From NCBI GenBank assembly GCA_002269645.1, contig NIVC01000027.1, forward strand, positions 930,001 through 994,000: a DNA stretch of 64,000 bases, in the 5' to 3' direction. Each line of letters begins with the position of its first letter. The stretch's first letter is position 1. Below the pieces are notes generated by a model. The model saw nothing but the letters and a program-made list of their open reading frames with translations. It was not told the origin of the DNA and did no database searches. This document shows, piece after piece, positions 61,342 to 64,000 of this stretch. This DNA is from Macrostomum lignano. Lineage: Eukaryota. The position numbers and the translations under genes were made by a program.

Positions 61342-63968
61342 TCACTCACCAATAGTTTTCAGCCGTTTAGTTCGATGCTTCCTGGGTGCTAAAATATTGC
61401 GAAGACCTTCAACAATGTAGCTCGCCAGCTGCTGATCCGGATCTTCGTTGTCTGTCCTTGACTTGCTCAAACCGATGCCGTGGTTGATGACAGCCACGAA
61501 GATGTTCATCAGCACCAGAATAAGAAAGCAGACAAAGCCCAGATAGCAGAGTTGGTTAAGGATGTTCCGCTGCATAACGTTGCGAAAATCTGATGCCCCA
61601 AGGGCAGCGTTGCAGAGGTGCTGCAGAGTGGCGGGCATCGAGCTGAATTGACGGAGTTGAGAGCCCATGGAGAGGTAGAACAGGCAGGCAAAAGCAGCAA
61701 AAACCAGAGACAGCGGAGCAAGGTAGGCAACCAACTGAGTCAAACAGCAGCTGACTGTGGCGACAAGGTGCCTCAGGTGTCGGGTGAGCCTAGCCAGCTG
61801 AAGCAGCCGCAGCTGTAGCAAGAAGGTGGCGACAGCGAGGCAGTTGCAGAACTGCCGATCCAACTGCATCACAGCCTGTAGATTTGAGACGCTAGTAGAC
61901 GCCAAGCAACGGAGTAGCAGACAGACCCAGGCTATCGCTGCTAACACAAATGCCGCCAAGGCCAGGATGTTCCAGCCAGATGTAGCGAACACTTTAAATC
62001 CGAGAGTCACAGCGGTGTACATTGAAGCTCCAATGCAGATAACGGTCACCAAAGCGGCCAGGCAGTCAGCGCAGAGGTGGACGATACCCACGACACCAAC
62101 GTAGCGACTGAGCGGTGCAGAGTCCATGTTCCAAGTCAACTCGCAGCCTCCGAAAGACTCACAGTTGATGGTGAAGACAGCGTAAGTGAACAGAGAGGCA
62201 TCTGGATAAAATAAGCTGAGTCCCAGCTTGATTTTCCTTGTGTTGGCATTCAGCCAATTGAAATCAGAGAGTGACTGCAGCATTTTGATGGTCGCATTTA
62301 AACTGGTTGGCAGATCGATAGCTTCTGTAGCGTTGCTGGCATCGATTTGCGATGCAAAGGCTGCTGACTGCATCGAGTCGGCACTTTGAATTCGGCTCAG
62401 GCGAGGTGATCCAAGCAGGAAGCCCGCATTGTCAGCAATGAACCCAGACCGAGCCGACCTCTCTGTAGGAAAAAGCGCTGGAACGACAGACTCGGATAGA
62501 CAAGGCAGCACTGCCTTGGCAACGCTGGCTGACTGCAGACAGGACAAATTGAGATGATTCAAGAGGCTGCTGTGCAACCGAAATGCTCGAGTGTCGACAG
62601 CGCCTGTACTGGCGAGACAAAGCAGAGCAAACTGTAGAAGGCTCAGACCGGCTTGCAGCCCATGGCAAAACACTGCCTGCTTTTCTGGCTGCGGTTTCTT
62701 CTGCAGCTCGCTTAGGTAGCAGACGCGACCTGCAATTTGAAATGGAGAACAATGTGATTCTCCTGTCTACATTAAGCTATTCTCACTCACATACGTACAT
62801 GAGTTATCGTCTTCGTCGATCTCCATCACCCTGACGCGCTCCGAATTTTTTACGTCGCTGTCCTTGCGCATCACGATGACAAATATGAATCCAATGAGGA
62901 CTACCTTCATGGGCTGGATGAGGAAGGCCGTTTCCAGAAACGAAAGAATGAAGCAGAGCAGCCACTTTTGCGACTTCTCCTGCCCCCAATCCATTGCGTA
63001 GAAAACGATAAAGACTCCTGATACAATGATGGTGCTGAGCGCTATGAACCACCCAATAAACTGACACCAGTAAGGAAGCTGAACTGGCTTAGTTGTCTCT
63101 TTTAGAGGCTGAATGGGGGTGCACTCCAGGCTGTCCCACTCGATTGCAGATTCATCAGATTCGCTCTGAAATAGGTAAACGAAATCTTTTTGCGTATCTT
63201 GTTAAACATACGATAATTTTGGAGGAATACCTACCTCAATTACACTATAGATATTCTGCCTGTCCGAATGTTGGTGAGAAGGCTGCCAATCACCACTACC
63301 AGAGTCCGATTCTTGATATTGCCTTGACTTTAGGAATATCAGCGTGATGGCAGCAGTGACGGGCACCACAATGAGTGCACTAATCACGGATACAATCAAA
63401 GAGCCCACTGACATGGTCAGCGGCCCAAGCTTGAGGTCCGACTGGCCTGCTGATATCGCATCGCCCACTCCGAAGAACATTGCATTCGTCACCATGGTGA
63501 TAAAGAGTGCGCTGAAGCAGGTGGTGAAGCGCTGCAGTCTGGAGAAATTTGTCTCAGTAGATCGCTTCATCACAGATACCCACAAGTGCTCGTCCTCGAG
63601 CTTGCGGCCAAAGTTGTGGCGGAGGAAACCCGGTGAACGTCTCAAATCGCCTTGTGAGGACAGATAAATTGATGCAGGTTGTCCGTCACCGGTCAGTGGG
63701 GTGTCCGGTATGAAGAAGTACCTTAAAATTAAATACAGATGGTACTTTTAAGTCTTTTAGACATCGTTACCAAAGTGATTTATTTATCAGGCTTTAGAAA
63801 CTACTCATACATGGCTCCAGTGACTGTGTCGGTGACAACGATCTTTCTCGGCATCCAGAGCTCCAATTCCTCATGCACGGCAGTCAGCTGCAGTTGCAGT
63901 TTGAGAATATCCCCTAGATTGCTGCTTGTCGTCATGCGGAACCGATCGATAGAACTGCTCTTAAAGCT
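61342..63968 (-). CDS. Polycystin-1-like (PKD1L-type) protein, 3' part (PLAT domain and TM/channel region); continues beyond the window end
   Basis: Exons 63968-63811, 63721-63235, 63165-62799, 62729-61342 (phases 2,0,1). PLAT motif IDRF..LGDI..W..V.D; EHLWVSV..FSRLQRFTTCFSALFITMVTNAMF; LPYWCQFIGW; IQPMKV; channel-end LMNIFVAVIN. Confidence 0.88.
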
Positions 63969-64000
63969 CTGAAATTTCGTATCAATATGTGAATCTAGTT

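Overview
Eukaryotic (metazoan) genomic DNA with GC-rich exons, short GT-AG introns and about a quarter of the window (~17 kb, hand-summed) made of tandem repeats. The style of GACA arrays and minisatellite-filled introns suggests a flatworm such as Macrostomum, but that is inference only. Genes reconstructed by hand from splice phases: partial fibrinogen-related gene (+), 5-exon ankyrin-repeat/MAP3K-like kinase (-), 2-exon syntaxin (+), three paralogous secreted PAN-like/LamG-type genes (-; one intact, two disabled), 3-exon SDR dehydrogenase (-), 6-exon Shal/Kv4 channel (-), intronless PCMT (+), an unidentified 3-exon gene (+) and the 3' part of a PKD1-like polycystin (-). Mobile DNA: a 2.2-kb solo-LTR-like element with a 4-bp TSD, tRNA-derived SINEs, LINE fragments, mariner and Tc1 deletion derivatives, and two nested MITE pairs with intact TSDs. 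The most unusual signals are about 18 locus-specific minisatellites, two of which are amplified splice junctions and many of which share a GATT/AATC core, and a polarised (GTCT)n family with shared interruptions. No CRISPR, rRNA or bona fide tRNA was supported. All gene models are manual and unverified by transcripts or database searches.
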